Source of the DNA: Epiperipatus broadwayi
Lineage: Eukaryota > Animalia > Onychophora
Assembly (NCBI GenBank): GCA_028023455.1
Contig: JAQFVV010000005.1
Span: forward strand, 11,470,001-11,534,000
Reading direction: 5' to 3'
Length of the DNA stretch: 64,000 nucleotides
The translations under genes were made by a program, and so were the position numbers. Under the pieces are notes generated by a model. The model had not been told where the DNA came from. It worked only from the letters and a program-made list of their open reading frames with translations, and did no database searches. Below, piece after piece: positions 1-11,589 of the stretch. Numbering within the stretch: position 1 is the stretch's first letter; each line of letters opens with the position of its first letter.

Positions 1-510
1 GAGAAGAGAAAGACTCCTGCAAGATTTGAACGATGTAAACTAGGGGACAAGAGAGATTAACAAGCACTCCAAATAGAATTACAAGACGATTCAAGAAGGT
101 CATTCTTAGGTGAATCTGACCCTAAATATGGGAAGCTATCAGTTTACTTCGATGAAAATAAAAAACTAATTGTCTCTGGCATGTATATAGCTAAGTGGGG
201 GCAGAGCCGGGATGAAGTATGGCTTCAAGTCAACATCCCTAAATGAACACCAAATGAAGATATCATATGCGAGACTGGGCAAAAACATCTAAAGTGCACT
301 CTAAAAGGAAAAGTTCTCATAGAAGGGACTATCTGCGATACAGTTAATGCTGATGAAATTAAATGGGGTACATTGGTTCAGGAGGAAGTACTTATTCTGT
401 TAATAAGGATGAAGCCACATCACTATAAATGGCGAGAGCTATTTGCAAATAAACTTACAGTGAATGTGCTTGCTTATGAGCAAAGGAAATAAGAAAGACC
501 AAAGGCATTT
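1..510 (+). pseudogene. Intronless CS-domain (p23/NudC-like) coding remnant with in-frame stops
   Basis: Frame 1 from 181 reads MYIAKWGQSRDEVWLQVNIPK*TPNEDIICETGQKHLKCTLKGKVLIEGTICDTVNADEIKWGTLVQEEVLILLIRMKPHHYKWRELFANK. This fits the CS-domain pattern (W-Q-x-x-x-E-V-x-x-x-V-x-x-P ... L-x-K ... W-x-x-L). Stops at 58-60 (TAA) and 244-246 (TGA). Recognised by eye only. Confidence 0.5.
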
Positions 511-782
511 AATAAGTAACTGTTTACAATGAATGACCAAATTAAGGCATGAAGCCCAGCAAAGGTAGCATCTAGAAAATTCATTTAGTGTGCTTGGGAG
601 CAAGGTAGAATTATCAGAGCTGAACTAATAATAGTGAAAACTCAGGTCTGTAAAGATGTAAAGACAGGGAATCATCATATGTAAAACAAAATTATAATAT
701 AAATTAAGTTTTATATCTTGAAAAAAAAAACCCAAAACAATAACAATAGAAGATTTGAAAAATTGCAAATATTTTATGGCTG

Positions 783-1655
783 TTGATTCTAGCACTGGCA
801 TTTCAGCAACATTATAATATGCCATTTTTGTCAGATATACTGAACAGAATTCAATTCATGAAGATTTTTTTGAAATTCCTTACTGTGAAGGACCAAACTA
901 GCGGTAGTGATTTTCTTGATAATATTAGTACTATTCTGGAGAAAAATAATATTGAAATAAAGAAACTGGTTTCAATGTGCACTGATGGACATGCTTCAAT
1001 GATAGGATCTGAAAAGATATTTGTTTCCTTATTAAATAAGAAATACAATTTAACAAATCCCAGTATTTCACTTTTTAATTCACCAATAAAACTTGGGGGC
1101 TATATATGTCCATAAAAGAAGTAGATGCTGTGTTGAAAATCATCATAAACATTGTGAATTATATTCAGTCCCAAGAATTGAACCCTAGAAAATTAAAAAT
1201 CTTTTGGAAGAAATAAATAGTAATTATGGCAATGTATTTTTACCTATTTCGATGTAATGGCTAAGCAGAAGTAAAGTTTTAGATCACTTTTTTTTAATTG
1301 TGGCATGAAATTATGTTATTTTTACTAGAAAGTAATAAAGTCTATTTGACAAATTTGTTGAATTTAAAAATGACACAAATTTGAAGGTAATTTAAAAAAA
1401 AAAAAAAATGGAAGGGAAATAAATATATGGAAATTTGGAAATTAATGCCTGAAAAATATAAAACTGTCAAAAGATGTGCACAAATGTCGCTCACATTGTT
1501 CGCATCGATATATCTTTGTGAATCATCTTATTTGAAAATGAAATTACTGATTCATATCTTGATATATTAAGAGTAACATATAATACTTATAAACCTGATT
1601 TATCTAAAATTGTTAATAGTTTGTCTCAATATCAAAAATTGCATCAATATTTCTG
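783..1655 (+). mobile_element. hAT DNA transposase remnant (GTF2IRD2/EPM2AIP1/Buster-like)
   Basis: ORF 783-1115 contains KKLVSMCTDGHASMIG (TDGAxxMxG motif). Downstream broken frames give WLSRSKVLDHF (~1258-1290) and LFASIYLCESS (~1495-1527), both typical of this hAT group. Many stops and frameshifts. Confidence 0.8.
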
Positions 1656-2689
1656 ACGTATTAAGATTTCAAATTTTATATATTTGAGTTTGCTAATTTA
1701 ATTAAATCATTTTCATTTTTTTTATCAATATTTATTGACTAAATTATTTAAATGTATTAAATTTAAGTTGGGTGTAGATAGCTGCATAGAAAATAAATAA
1801 TTGGATTGAGTAAAAGTTTTAGGTTTTATTAACCGATTAATTATAAGATATAGTACAATCTATGGCATATATGAATTCAGAAGTCAGATATTTTTTCACA
1901 TGACACCAACCAGTTGCCAACTGCTGGCATGCTTGATATACCAACAAACACATGTGACCCAGACAAAAAAAAAAGGTTGAGTAAAAAAAGAAAAGTTAAA
2001 ATTTAATGGATTATATTTTGATGAAATTAATTAATAAAATAATAATTCTTATCATTAAGGCAATGAGATAAATGATTTGATATTCTTGATTTAGTCATTT
2101 TTTAAAAAAATAATTTCTCTGTTGATTGAAGAATTCCAATATATCTAATTTTGTTTGGTCTTTTTCGAATTTAAATATAACCAAGGAATTTTTATTATAG
2201 AAGTGTTAAAAATGCAACTTTAATTAAAATTGAGATCAATAAAATTAAGCAAAAAATAAGAGATAATGATATTTGCAAAACTTGAATTTCTTAGATTTAT
2301 CTATCATAGGAAGATTATTTGGTGTAAATAAACTGTATTTGCTTTTAGGTAATTTGATTTAAAAACTAATATTAAAACTTTTATGAGAAATGAAGTACTG
2401 ATTTGTAGAATCAAAGATTAATGGGAAAATTTCGGTTTAATTTTAATAGTTTTATTATATATATATATGTATTATTTAAGATTTATTATGAGTATATTTT
2501 TGTAGTTAAAATATTTGTTTTTGATGTTAAATTATTGGAAGTGAATTCTGATATATGATAATATGTTAGATTATTTCCATCATCTACCATTAAATGTTGA
2601 ATGTCTAGAAAATTTTTAACTTTATTGAAACTTTTTAAATATAAACAACTTGTTAGTAATAACAGACAAATAGACAACACAGATTAGTA

Positions 2690-2735
2690 ATTACACGTTT
2701 TGAGTAGCCTGTTATTCTTTATTCTTCTTCAGTTG
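2690..2735 (-). ncRNA. Degenerate hammerhead ribozyme core in left Penelope pLTR
   Basis: Minus strand: CTGAAGA-AGAAT...CTACTC-AAAAC. GAAAC appears CpG-decayed to AAAAC. Confidence 0.4.
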
Positions 2736-2934
2736 TTGCTGGTTTGACCAGTGACAATAGCAACATAGAAGGCAAAATTACATCTTTAGATTTTGAATAT
2801 TGAATTTTAAGGCAACACTTTAACCCACTGAGCTATTCTGTCAAAGACAACAATTGGTAGAAATTTCATATATTTATTTATGAGGTTTGATTCATTATTC
2901 TCTTAATTCTTCCATTTTTTTAAAATTTATTAAT

Positions 2935-3250
2935 TCTTTTTTCTAAGAACAAGATTAGACGCTACCAGATATTATGTATTGCCACATTGGGTTGACTTAT
3001 AGGATTATTTGCCATTATCATGAGTAGCTTCTTGGAATTTTCTTTTTTGCACCTTTTCCTTTCTATTCAGTATTTCTGTATTTTTCCAATTGATTATATA
3101 TTCATTAATACTTACATGAAATGTTTCTGTAGACCCATTTGTTTTTTTTCTTTTAATTAGTTTATGTTCTTTTAAATGTTGTTCAACAGGGCTACAGTCT
3201 CACCAATATACTTCTTTCCCTATTCACATGGTATTTCATAGATGCAGTTT
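2935..3250 (-). pseudogene. Penelope GIY-YIG endonuclease remnant
   Basis: Minus strand reads CIYEIPCE*GKKYIGET, then (frameshift) HLKEHK and INWKNTEIL, matching the PLE GIY-YIG consensus. Confidence 0.8.
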
Positions 3251-3299
3251 TTGTCTAGAAGAAGCAGCAGAACTACACTGGATAATTAAAAGGATACAT

Positions 3300-4560
3300 G
3301 AGAGACACCAGAAGCAGAAATCAAACATTTTATGTTTTGGGAGGAAAGCCATTAAATCTCACAAATAGGATATATCTATAATTCATTCTTCCTGATGGCA
3401 AAAAGACATTACAGTTGTAATAATACAAGAATTTCTTACAGCAGGCCAATACAAAAGAGTGACAAAAAGTCTAATTCCAAATACAGAAGTAAAGCTGCAA
3501 GCATTACTCTAGAAGCATCACAGGTATTCCAGTGACTTGGAAAAAAGGACATTAACTTTGTATTTCAGCAAAATTTCTCATCTTTATACACTACCTAAAA
3601 TCCATAAAGATGGACTATGTCAAAACTTATCAAGATTTTTTCTCAAAATTCCTTGTTGGCACACAGGACATAGTTCTTTGTTAGGGATTCTACAATCTTT
3701 GTAGCATTATTCAGGGACATGAAAATGGAAAGAACTGACATATTGATAAACTTTGAGGTGGAAAGTTTATTTACAAATGTACTATGTGATGAAGCATTGT
3801 CTATTGTAAAGAAAAGATTATATGATGATAATAGTTTACAAATCAGTATAACATATTATAATGGAACTATTAAGATTCTGCATAACAACAATGCACTTTC
3901 ATTATAACTCAGAATCTTCCAACAAAATCAAGGAATGGCCATGGGCTCACCATTGTCACCCTTTGTTATTAACATTTACATAGAAGAACTTAAAACCATA
4001 GCCATAAACACTAATACATTTCCATCTAAAGTGTGGCTTGTGATATGGTACATGGTGAAGATGATTGAGTCATTCTGGGTACACATTAACAACATATATC
4101 CAATTAAAGTCACAATGGAATCAGAATGAGACCAAAAATTGGCATTCCTGGGTGTTCTTGTGACAAGACTCCCTCAGGGCAAAGTAAAAACAACAGTTTA
4201 TAGAAGACCAACACATACTGACAAGTACTTGGCATATACATACAATCATACCAGAAGCACAAAACTTGGAATTATACTATCACTATGAAACAAAGCAAAG
4301 GAAGTTTGTTCAGAAATTAATGATTTGGAAAATGAAAAGATTTACATAGAACAAACTCTTGAAGAATGTTTATCCATTGGCTGTCATCAAGAAAATCTAT
4401 AATAAACAACAAAAAGAGGAACCAAAAGGAAAATCCATATATACTAGGAATGTTTATAGTTAATATAAACATTAGAATAGCTTTCCAAAGCCATCCCACT
4501 CTTCGAGGAATTCTAATATTTACTAAGCCTAAACTGGAAATGCTGAACAGCATTTGAAAG
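3300..4560 (+). pseudogene. Penelope reverse transcriptase remnant
   Basis: Motifs HLYTLPKIHKDG, FEVESLFTNV, GMAMGSPLSP, KLAFLGVLV and VYRRPTHTDKYL occur across broken frames (ORFs 3719-3907 and 3935-4129). Confidence 0.9.
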
Positions 4561-5002
4561 AACACAAACTAATGGTTAAAAAAGAAAAAAACAGATGTGT
4601 CTATAGTAACAGATCATGTATGTATTAATGAACATATGTTAAATTGACAAAATGCAAAAATCTTGGATATAGAGGAAAGAGTATAAAGAAGAAAATTAAA
4701 AGAAGCTGCTCATATAACAATGGCAAATAATCCTATAAATCAACAGTGTGCCAATACATAATATCTGTAAGCCTCTAATTAACCTCGCTCTTAGAAAAAA
4801 AGTAGCAATTATTTATAAAAAAAAAAAATTGGAGGGATTAAGTGAGTTTGAACCAATGCTCATAGATAATATGAAATTATTGATTGTTGCCTTTAACGAG
4901 TAGCTCAGTTGGTTAGAGCGATATCTTAAAATTCGATATTCAAGAATGTAAAGTTGTAAGTTCTACTCCTATACTAATATTGTCACTAATCAGGCCAGCA
5001 AT

Positions 5003-5040
5003 ATTTGAAGAAGAGTGGAGAATAATACTACTCAAAACAT
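5003..5040 (+). ncRNA. Degenerate hammerhead ribozyme core in right Penelope pLTR
   Basis: TTGAAGA-A-GAGTGG-agaataata-CTACTC-AAAAC. Stem II GAGUGG/CUACUC pairs; the core is mutated. Confidence 0.45.
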
Positions 5041-5199
5041 TGTGTAATTACTAACTTGTATTGTCTATTCGTATGTTATGACTAAGAAGTTGTTTGTACT
5101 TGAAAAGTTTAAAGTTTCAAATTTTTTGGACATTCAACATTTAATGATAGTTGATGGAAATAACCAAAATATCATATCTAATATATTACCGTAATAAAC

Positions 5200-6070
5200 C
5201 TTCGGGAAAATACTGAATTCTAATATGATTGTTATGATAATATTTTCTGACTGAATATCAGTAATATTTATCACTACAATTTTTTTTATTTCTGGTTCAC
5301 TAATAAAATTTAATATTAAATATATAATAGAGGAAAAGAATAAATTTGAGTTCTGCATTATTGCTATTTTATTTATAATTTCTATAATTTTTTTTAGTTA
5401 TTTCACAAATTTATCTTCAGTTTTTACTGGGTGAAGTGGATTAGGATTATTGTCTTATATTTTGATTATTTATTGTCAGAATAGAAAATCAAATAGAGCA
5501 GGAGTATTAACAATTTTAAGAAATGAAGTTGGGGATATTACTTTTTATTGTAGATTGCATTTATATTAAATCATGGGAATTGGAATTAATTTTACAATGA
5601 GTAAATGTGATAATAATATTTTATGTATGGTAATAATTTTAATGGTGTAAGCTAGAATTATTAAAAGCACTCAAATTTATTTTTCTGTCTGATTATCAGC
5701 AACAATAGCTGGACCAACTCCAGTATCAGCATTAATTCATTCATCTACCTTGATAACCGTTGGAATTTATTTGATAATCTTGTTTTCTATGTTTTTAAGA
5801 AATGTAATACTATTTGAAGTTAGGTTATTATTTATATCAAGGTTAAAAATATTAATGGCTAGAATAGTTGCTAATTTTGAATGTGATATTAAGAAATGTA
5901 TAGCATTGTCAATTTTGTCAACTTGGATTAATGATAAGGATTGTTTCATTGGAATTTTTAACCCCCCTCTCATTTATTAACACATGAAGTGTTCAAAGCA
6001 CTGTTTTTATTTGTTCGGGAAGAATTGCACAGTTTTAATCATATTCAGATTATTCGAATATTGAAATCCG
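5200..6070 (+). pseudogene. nad5: Nuclear mitochondrial insertion (NUMT) of NADH dehydrogenase subunit 5, 5' part
   Basis: In the invertebrate mitochondrial code it reads FSDWMSVMF, GWSGLGLLSYILIIYCQN, LTILSNEVGD, AGPTPVSALIHSSTL (5708-5752) and HLLTHEVFKAL. Frameshifted. Confidence 0.9.
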
Positions 6071-6179
6071 TAATAACAACAAACTCTCCATACAGTAGTG
6101 CCATCCACTGCAAGCCTTAGTAATCAATGGATACAAGGTTTGTGCATAAAATCCCTGTCTAGTGCTTACTCATCCAATA

Positions 6180-6217
6180 TCCCCAGACTAGTTTCTAACT
6201 TGTGACTTTCATCAGTA
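6180..6217 (-). ncRNA. Hammerhead motif copy in inverted arm (family 1)
   Basis: Minus strand: CTGATGA-AAGTCACAAGTTA-GAAAC-TA-GTC-TGGGGA. The 5' strand of stem I is cut off by the inversion junction. Confidence 0.55.
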
Positions 6218-6468
6218 TTGGTGATTTTATACCAATCCCAACTATAGAGTAATGGTAACTGTGGTTTTTGAAAAACCAGACACCAAAATGTGTAGATATT
6301 CAACTGTGATAAGATCTATATGACTATACAAGCGAATAAGCTTTTATTGATAACATTAATTTTATCTTGGGCTCCTAGCTTTATAGTTAACTAAATAAGT
6401 AAAAGGTGGCTGCTGAAGACTTGCATTAGATCCAAAGATCTAGTTGCAGTTGCTCTCAGATCTAAAGT

Positions 6469-6510
6469 TGCTTACTGATGAAAGTCACAAGCTAGAAACT
6501 AGTCTGGCAG
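6469..6510 (+). ncRNA. Minimal type-I hammerhead ribozyme motif (family 1)
   Basis: CTGATGA-AAGTCACAAGCTA-GAAAC-TA-GTC-TGGCAG. Core intact, palindromic ACUAGU stem III, GUC site, weak stems I and II. Confidence 0.6.
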
Positions 6511-6892
6511 TATTGGATGAGTAGGGATTTTATGCATGAACTTTCTTGCATCCATTGATTACTAAGGCTTGCATTGGTGGCACTACTGTATGGAAAGTTT
6601 GCTACTGTTATTAACAGCTTATGTAAGCATAGGAATGTGTGTTTTGGTGATTTTATACCAATTCCACTCATGGGATAATGGTGATTGTGGTTTTTTGAAA
6701 AAACAAAGATGTCCAAATGTATAAATGATGAACTGGATTCAAATCTATATGATGATACAAATGAATGAGGTTAGATTGAAAACTATTGTTTTTATCTTTG
6801 GCTCCTAGCTTTATAGTTAACTAATTAGGTAAATCATTGCTGATGAATGGTTCCATTATATTCTAAGATCTAGGTGCTCTCAGATCCAAAGC

Positions 6893-6934
6893 TCTTTACT
6901 GATGAAAGCCACAAGCTACAAACTAGTCTGGGAA
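6893..6934 (+). ncRNA. Hammerhead motif copy with mutated core (family 1)
   Basis: CTGATGA-AAGCCACAAGCTA-CAAAC-TA-GTC-TGGGAA; the G of GAAA is changed to C. Confidence 0.5.
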
Positions 6935-7094
6935 TATTGGATAAGTAGGCATTAGATATTGATTTTATGCACAAACCTTCTTGCATCCATTGATTACTAA
7001 GGCTTGCACTGGGTGGCACTATGTAGGAAGAGTTTGCTACTGTTATTAATAGCTTGGGTAAGCATTGGAAATGGTAATCATGTGATCAGGATTT

Positions 7095-7930
7095 ATAACT
7101 AATCAACTTCCAAAAGTTAGAATATTTAAATACTGCTATTAGAAACTATATGGAATATCATTTTTTAACTGGATTTTATTCTAAGGTTATGAGTTTAGAA
7201 ATATATAGATATGAAATTGGAACATCATTTCTATCATGTTATTTATTGCTTCAACAATAACTGCATCTTACTTAATTTGAATATCATTATGCTTTTTGAA
7301 AAAATATTAATTCGAAACCTGTTAATTCAATTACGGAAGGAAAAAGGGAAATTAGAAATTATGAAATAATGATAAGGATCGGGGCTGCTATTGGAGGATC
7401 AGTAATTAATTGAATAATATTGATAGACCTATGATAATTGAGTTGAAAATTTTAATAAAAACTCATATTAATAATAACATTAATTGATCTTTTTATTATA
7501 TTAAGAATAAAAGGGAGGAAAACATTTTATAGTCTTTTTTTCCCTCTCAAATATGTCAAATTTTTATTTAATGAATTATAGGATGAAAGAAAAACATATA
7601 AAAATAGATATATCTTAGTTGGAATTAATTGGACCACAATGTATGTTTAAGGTGACAATAATTAGATCAATAGTTTTATAAAATATTCCAAGAAATTATA
7701 TTAAAATTTATTTATTTAGAATATTAATTTGTTTTTTGTCTCCCCTATAGCTCTTGGAAATATTATTGAAGATAATAAGGTACAACAATAAATTTTTGGT
7801 TAGAAATTAAGAATTAATGTAATTTAAAGATCAATAAATTGTAAATTTATTCAATTTTTAAATTTTATAAGGATTTTGGTGAGTCAATGTATGGAAACAA
7901 TTTAGATAGTAAATAAAGAATTTATGATCT
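7095..7930 (+). pseudogene. nad5: nad5 NUMT, 3' part
   Basis: Resumes after the repeat with GFMTNQLP and FLTGFYSK (~7161-7185). AT-rich, membrane-protein-like mitochondrial composition continues to ~7930. Frameshifted. Confidence 0.8.
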
Positions 7931-7989
7931 AGTTTTTAAAGGATTAATAACATTGGTAGTGTGTAGAATTGGCTATTCTGATAGTAATA

Positions 7990-8560
7990 ATAACAAAGAT
8001 AAATGATCAAATTTGTGTCTGTGTTGTTAACCTGACTAAGATAAATAAGAAAATCCCCAAATGTCAGTACCCTGTACCAATTATTAAGAAAATATTGGCA
8101 ATGACAGACTATTACACAAAAACTGATCTGAGGATAGCTTTCCATTGAATTCCAGTTTCTGATTTCAGAATTGCTAACAAAAATACTGTTATTGAGGCAT
8201 ATAGTATCCAGTGAAGAGAAGAAACCAAATCTTCAAGAAATGGCAGCTGTGAAAGATGTCTCAGGTCCAGAAATATGAAATAATTACAGACCATTTTGGT
8301 TCTTACTTATTTTGAAATATTTTTAAAAGGTACAACTCATGGTGCCTGACTCACTGTACAATTTTTTTGAAAAAGTCAGAAATGGTATTGAGAAAACAAG
8401 AAAATGTTTTTAAGAAAACTAAAGATCTATTGCCTTTGAACAGAGTATTGGTGCATTACAACAGTAGTCTAAATTTAATTCTTATTACAAACACATCTGA
8501 TTTCAATGTAGGCAAAGTATTTACATCAAAATTCCTATCAGAATTGATACACTATTATGA
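7990..8560 (+). mobile_element. Ty3/Gypsy RT-RNase H remnant
   Basis: YPVPIIKKIL...YYTKTDLRIAFH*IPV (RT) and LILITNTSDFNVG (RNase H TDAS-like) in broken frames. Confidence 0.65.
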
Positions 8561-8789
8561 ACAGCAATATAGATAGCTGATGCAAAAAAGCAGTAATTGT
8601 CCAGTAAAATTTCTAAGACAACAATTTATGAAAAAAAACATGAAATATGACAATATGTAAAAATGATTTATGAAGGATAATTGAATATTTATTAAGGGGT
8701 GCTACAAAGGATAAATAATCATAGAAAATATTTGTGATTTAGCAAGAAAATCTATACAAGAGTATAAAAGTCTCAATAATGTAAACTTA

Positions 8790-10090
8790 TTGGTATTGGT
8801 ATAGAGAGATGACTTTATGAAGTGTGTGGAAGAGTTCTTTAAAAAATTATATAGCAATAAAAAACAGGAAAAATTTCCCCTATAATTACTTCATCTTCTG
8901 AATTGCCTCAAATGTTAAATGAAGAAATGAGACGTAAGTAAATTGATGAAGGGAAATGCTCCAGAAAGTGATGGAATTATAATTGATATTTTAAAAAAAT
9001 TGTTAGTGAAACTTTATCCCAAATGTTTAAAGGATAAAGATATATCAGACGATTGGATGAATGCACAAGCAATATTGATATTTAAAAAGGAAGATAGTAG
9101 AAATTACAGACCGATTAATTATCAGTTCTATACAAATTTTTATCAAGATAAGTACAACTCATCCTTAGCAAACTTTGGATTTTAACCAACTAAATGAACA
9201 AGTTAGAATTAAAAGTTGTTTTAACACAGTATATTATATCCAATTATTGAGAGAAATTATAGAAAGAACCGATGAATATGAGTTGCCAAATAAGGCTTGT
9301 CATTATATTTAGGATATGTAGATTATGAAAAGGCATTTGATTCTATAAGTATTTCTTCAGATATTAAAGCATTGGATAATCAAGATATAGACTTAGAATA
9401 TTGTCATATTCTCATGACTTTTAACCAAAATACAATGATTAGATAACATAGTTATACTAGGAAGATTAATATTGAGAAGGCAGGATGATTAACTCCATAT
9501 CTCCAAAACTTTTTTCCATCACTTTTATTAAAGAATATTTTGTGGATTAAAATGGGAATACAAGTGAATGAAAATAAGTCAGCTAGAATTTGCAGATAAT
9601 ATTATTTTTTCAAATAATGCTTCAGTGGTTTAGGAAATGTTGCAAGACTTATCAGATGAAAGTAAGAAAGTTGGATTAAAGTTAAATGCTTAAAAGAAGT
9701 GAAGTAATGTTCAATGAATTTTCATAAAAGAAAAAAATAAAGATTGATAATGATGAATTAGAAGTTACCAAATACAAATATTTCTGTTGAATTATTAATA
9801 TAGATGAAAACAAAATAGATGAAATTAATCACAGAATTAAACTTGAATGAAGTGCTTGTGGTAGAAATAACAATATTAAAAGGAAATATGCCTGTGAAAC
9901 AAAAGGTTTTTAATAAATATTTTTTACTTGTTTTTTAGTTAGAGATTCGAGATGTGGACACTTAGCAGAAGAGCAATAAAGACTTTAGATCAGTGAACAA
10001 AATATGGAGAGATGTATGTTAGGAATAACAAGTTGGGATTGAAAGTGAAATTCTTTGGTAAGACAGCAAACAAGTATTACTGAAATTATT
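8790..10090 (+). mobile_element. Old, 5'-truncated RTE LINE relic, same family as 40661-43921
   Basis: ORF 8943-9185 (KGNAPESDGIIIDILKK...RNYRPI) and long nucleotide similarity to 42350-43660, e.g. gattatgaaaaggcatt and attaatcacagaattaaactt. Confidence 0.85.
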
Positions 10091-10980
10091 GATAGCTGTA
10101 TTTAATTTTTTTATTGCAGTTGTGTGTGTGTATAACTGACACACATCTAGCTATAACACTATGACATGATATATCATAATTGCTTCAAAAGATTAAATGA
10201 ATTAGTTAGTACATTTCTGAATATGTTATTACCTTTACATAAAAAATAATAATTGAACAAGGAAAGAATTTTCTCCAAACATACAATAATAAGTTTTACA
10301 AAAGAATTCATTTTATATTTATTTCTCATAAATTATTTATTTCATAATAAAATTGCTATGTGTGATTCCATGATAATTGTAAAATATTATTAAATGTCAT
10401 TCTTTTTAAAGACATTTACAGTGCATTATTGTTCTTATAGCTGGTGCTGATTGATCATTTTTTCCATCTATAATAATGAAAAATTATTTAAGAAGTTTTA
10501 TGAATCCCACACTATCCAAATATATTCAAAGTAAAATATTTTTATATAGAAAATATACTATTTGAAATATCAAAGTTACACATTTAAACTAAATCTGTTT
10601 TATGTGGAATTTTAATTTCGAGTTAATAGTTTTCCCTTTTCAAAAGTCAAGATTATATTTTTGGAAATCATTGATGTCTAAAGTACTACAAATTTTTGAG
10701 ACTCTTTTTAAATGAAATCACATATATATATATACTTTTAACATTTAAAATTATAAAAAAATAAAATACAAAGTAAAAACAAAAAAAAAAGTATAAATAT
10801 AATTTGCTATATAATAAAATATTGCTTATATGGACATAATGACAAAATCAAATTCAGTCAAATAATTTTGTTGCTAGTATCAAATACTTGTACTTAATAT
10901 TAGATGCTTATAATATATTATGTTGCAATGGTACATTTATACTATTGGATGCAGCAAATTTATCAATAAGGTTTTCATAA

Positions 10981-11589
10981 CCAATAAACCTCACATGATC
11001 ACTATTTCTTATGCTTGCTCTTAACTGTTATTAAAACAGGCAAAGCTCTCTATATGTATTGCCACTCAGTGCAAGCCAGAGTAATCAATGGATGCTAGAA
11101 GGCTTGTGCATAAAACCCCATCTAGTGCCTACTCATCCAATATCCCCAGACTAGTTTCTGTCTTGTGGCCTTCGTCAGTGAGGAGCCTTGGATCTGAGAG
11201 CACTGCACCTAGATCTTAGGATCTAATGCAACCCTCCAGCAGCCACCTTTATCTCTACTTAACTACAAAACTATGAGACTTAAATTGAAAACACTATAAT
11301 ATTTTCAATCCAAGCTCATCAGCTTATATAGTCATATAGATCTGAAATCAATTCAGTACCTATACATTTTGCTGTCTTTGATTCTTTAATAACCATAGCC
11401 ACCACTATCCTATTAAGCAGTAGTTTTAAGCTAATAAACATTACATGATCACTATTTCTTATGCTTGTTCTTAACCGTTATTAAAACAGGCAAAACTCTC
11501 TATATGTATTACAATTCAGTGCAAACCAGAGTAATCAATGGATACCAGAAGGCTTGTGTGGCAATACGTATAGAGAGTTTTGCCTGTTT
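10981..11589 (-). mobile_element. Hammerhead-containing repeat family 1: ~1.3 tandem units plus a short inverted end, flanked by a 14-bp TSD
   Basis: Period 450 (acatgatcac at 10993 and 11443). Inverted segment at ~11558-11590. TAAGGTTTTCATAA at 10967-10980 and 11590-11603. Confidence 0.85.
11143..11184 (-). ncRNA. Minimal type-I hammerhead ribozyme motif (family 1)
   Basis: Minus strand: TCCTCA-CTGACGA-AGGCCACAAGACA-GAAAC-TA-GTC-TGGGGA. Stem I UCCUCA/UGGGGA pairs fully; stem II is imperfect. Confidence 0.65.

Larger units (their letters stand above)
2545..5195. mobile_element. Penelope-like element: RT on + strand, preceded by an inverted 3' fragment (GIY-YIG + pLTR)
   Basis: About 2545-3190 is a diverged reverse complement of about 4550-5195. 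RT motifs lie on + and GIY-YIG motifs on -. Confidence 0.85.
6072..7090. mobile_element. Non-coding hammerhead-containing repeat (family 1): about two tandem ~424-bp units plus an inverted partial unit
   Basis: CTGATGA at 6475 and 6899 (period 424). 6072-6217 is the reverse complement of part of the unit. It interrupts the nad5 NUMT. Homologous to 10981-11589 and 20770-20830. Confidence 0.8.

Noticed and set aside
244-246. Selenocysteine or readthrough TGA in the CS-like frame
   Set aside because: A second in-frame TAA occurs at 58-60 and no SECIS was identified. A GGA-to-TGA nonsense change is simpler.
4885-4975. Functional tRNA gene
   Set aside because: Only the D-arm/A-box is recognisable. 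No acceptor stem or anticodon arm could be folded, and it lies within a repeated pLTR.
5750-5980. ORFs 5750-5980 (+), 5767-5973 (-) and 5134-5358 (-) as genes
   Set aside because: They are standard-code or antisense shadows of the nad5 NUMT.
5200-7930. Genuine mitochondrial contig or contamination
   Set aside because: Frameshifts, no neighbouring mitochondrial genes, and a nuclear repeat inserted in the middle.
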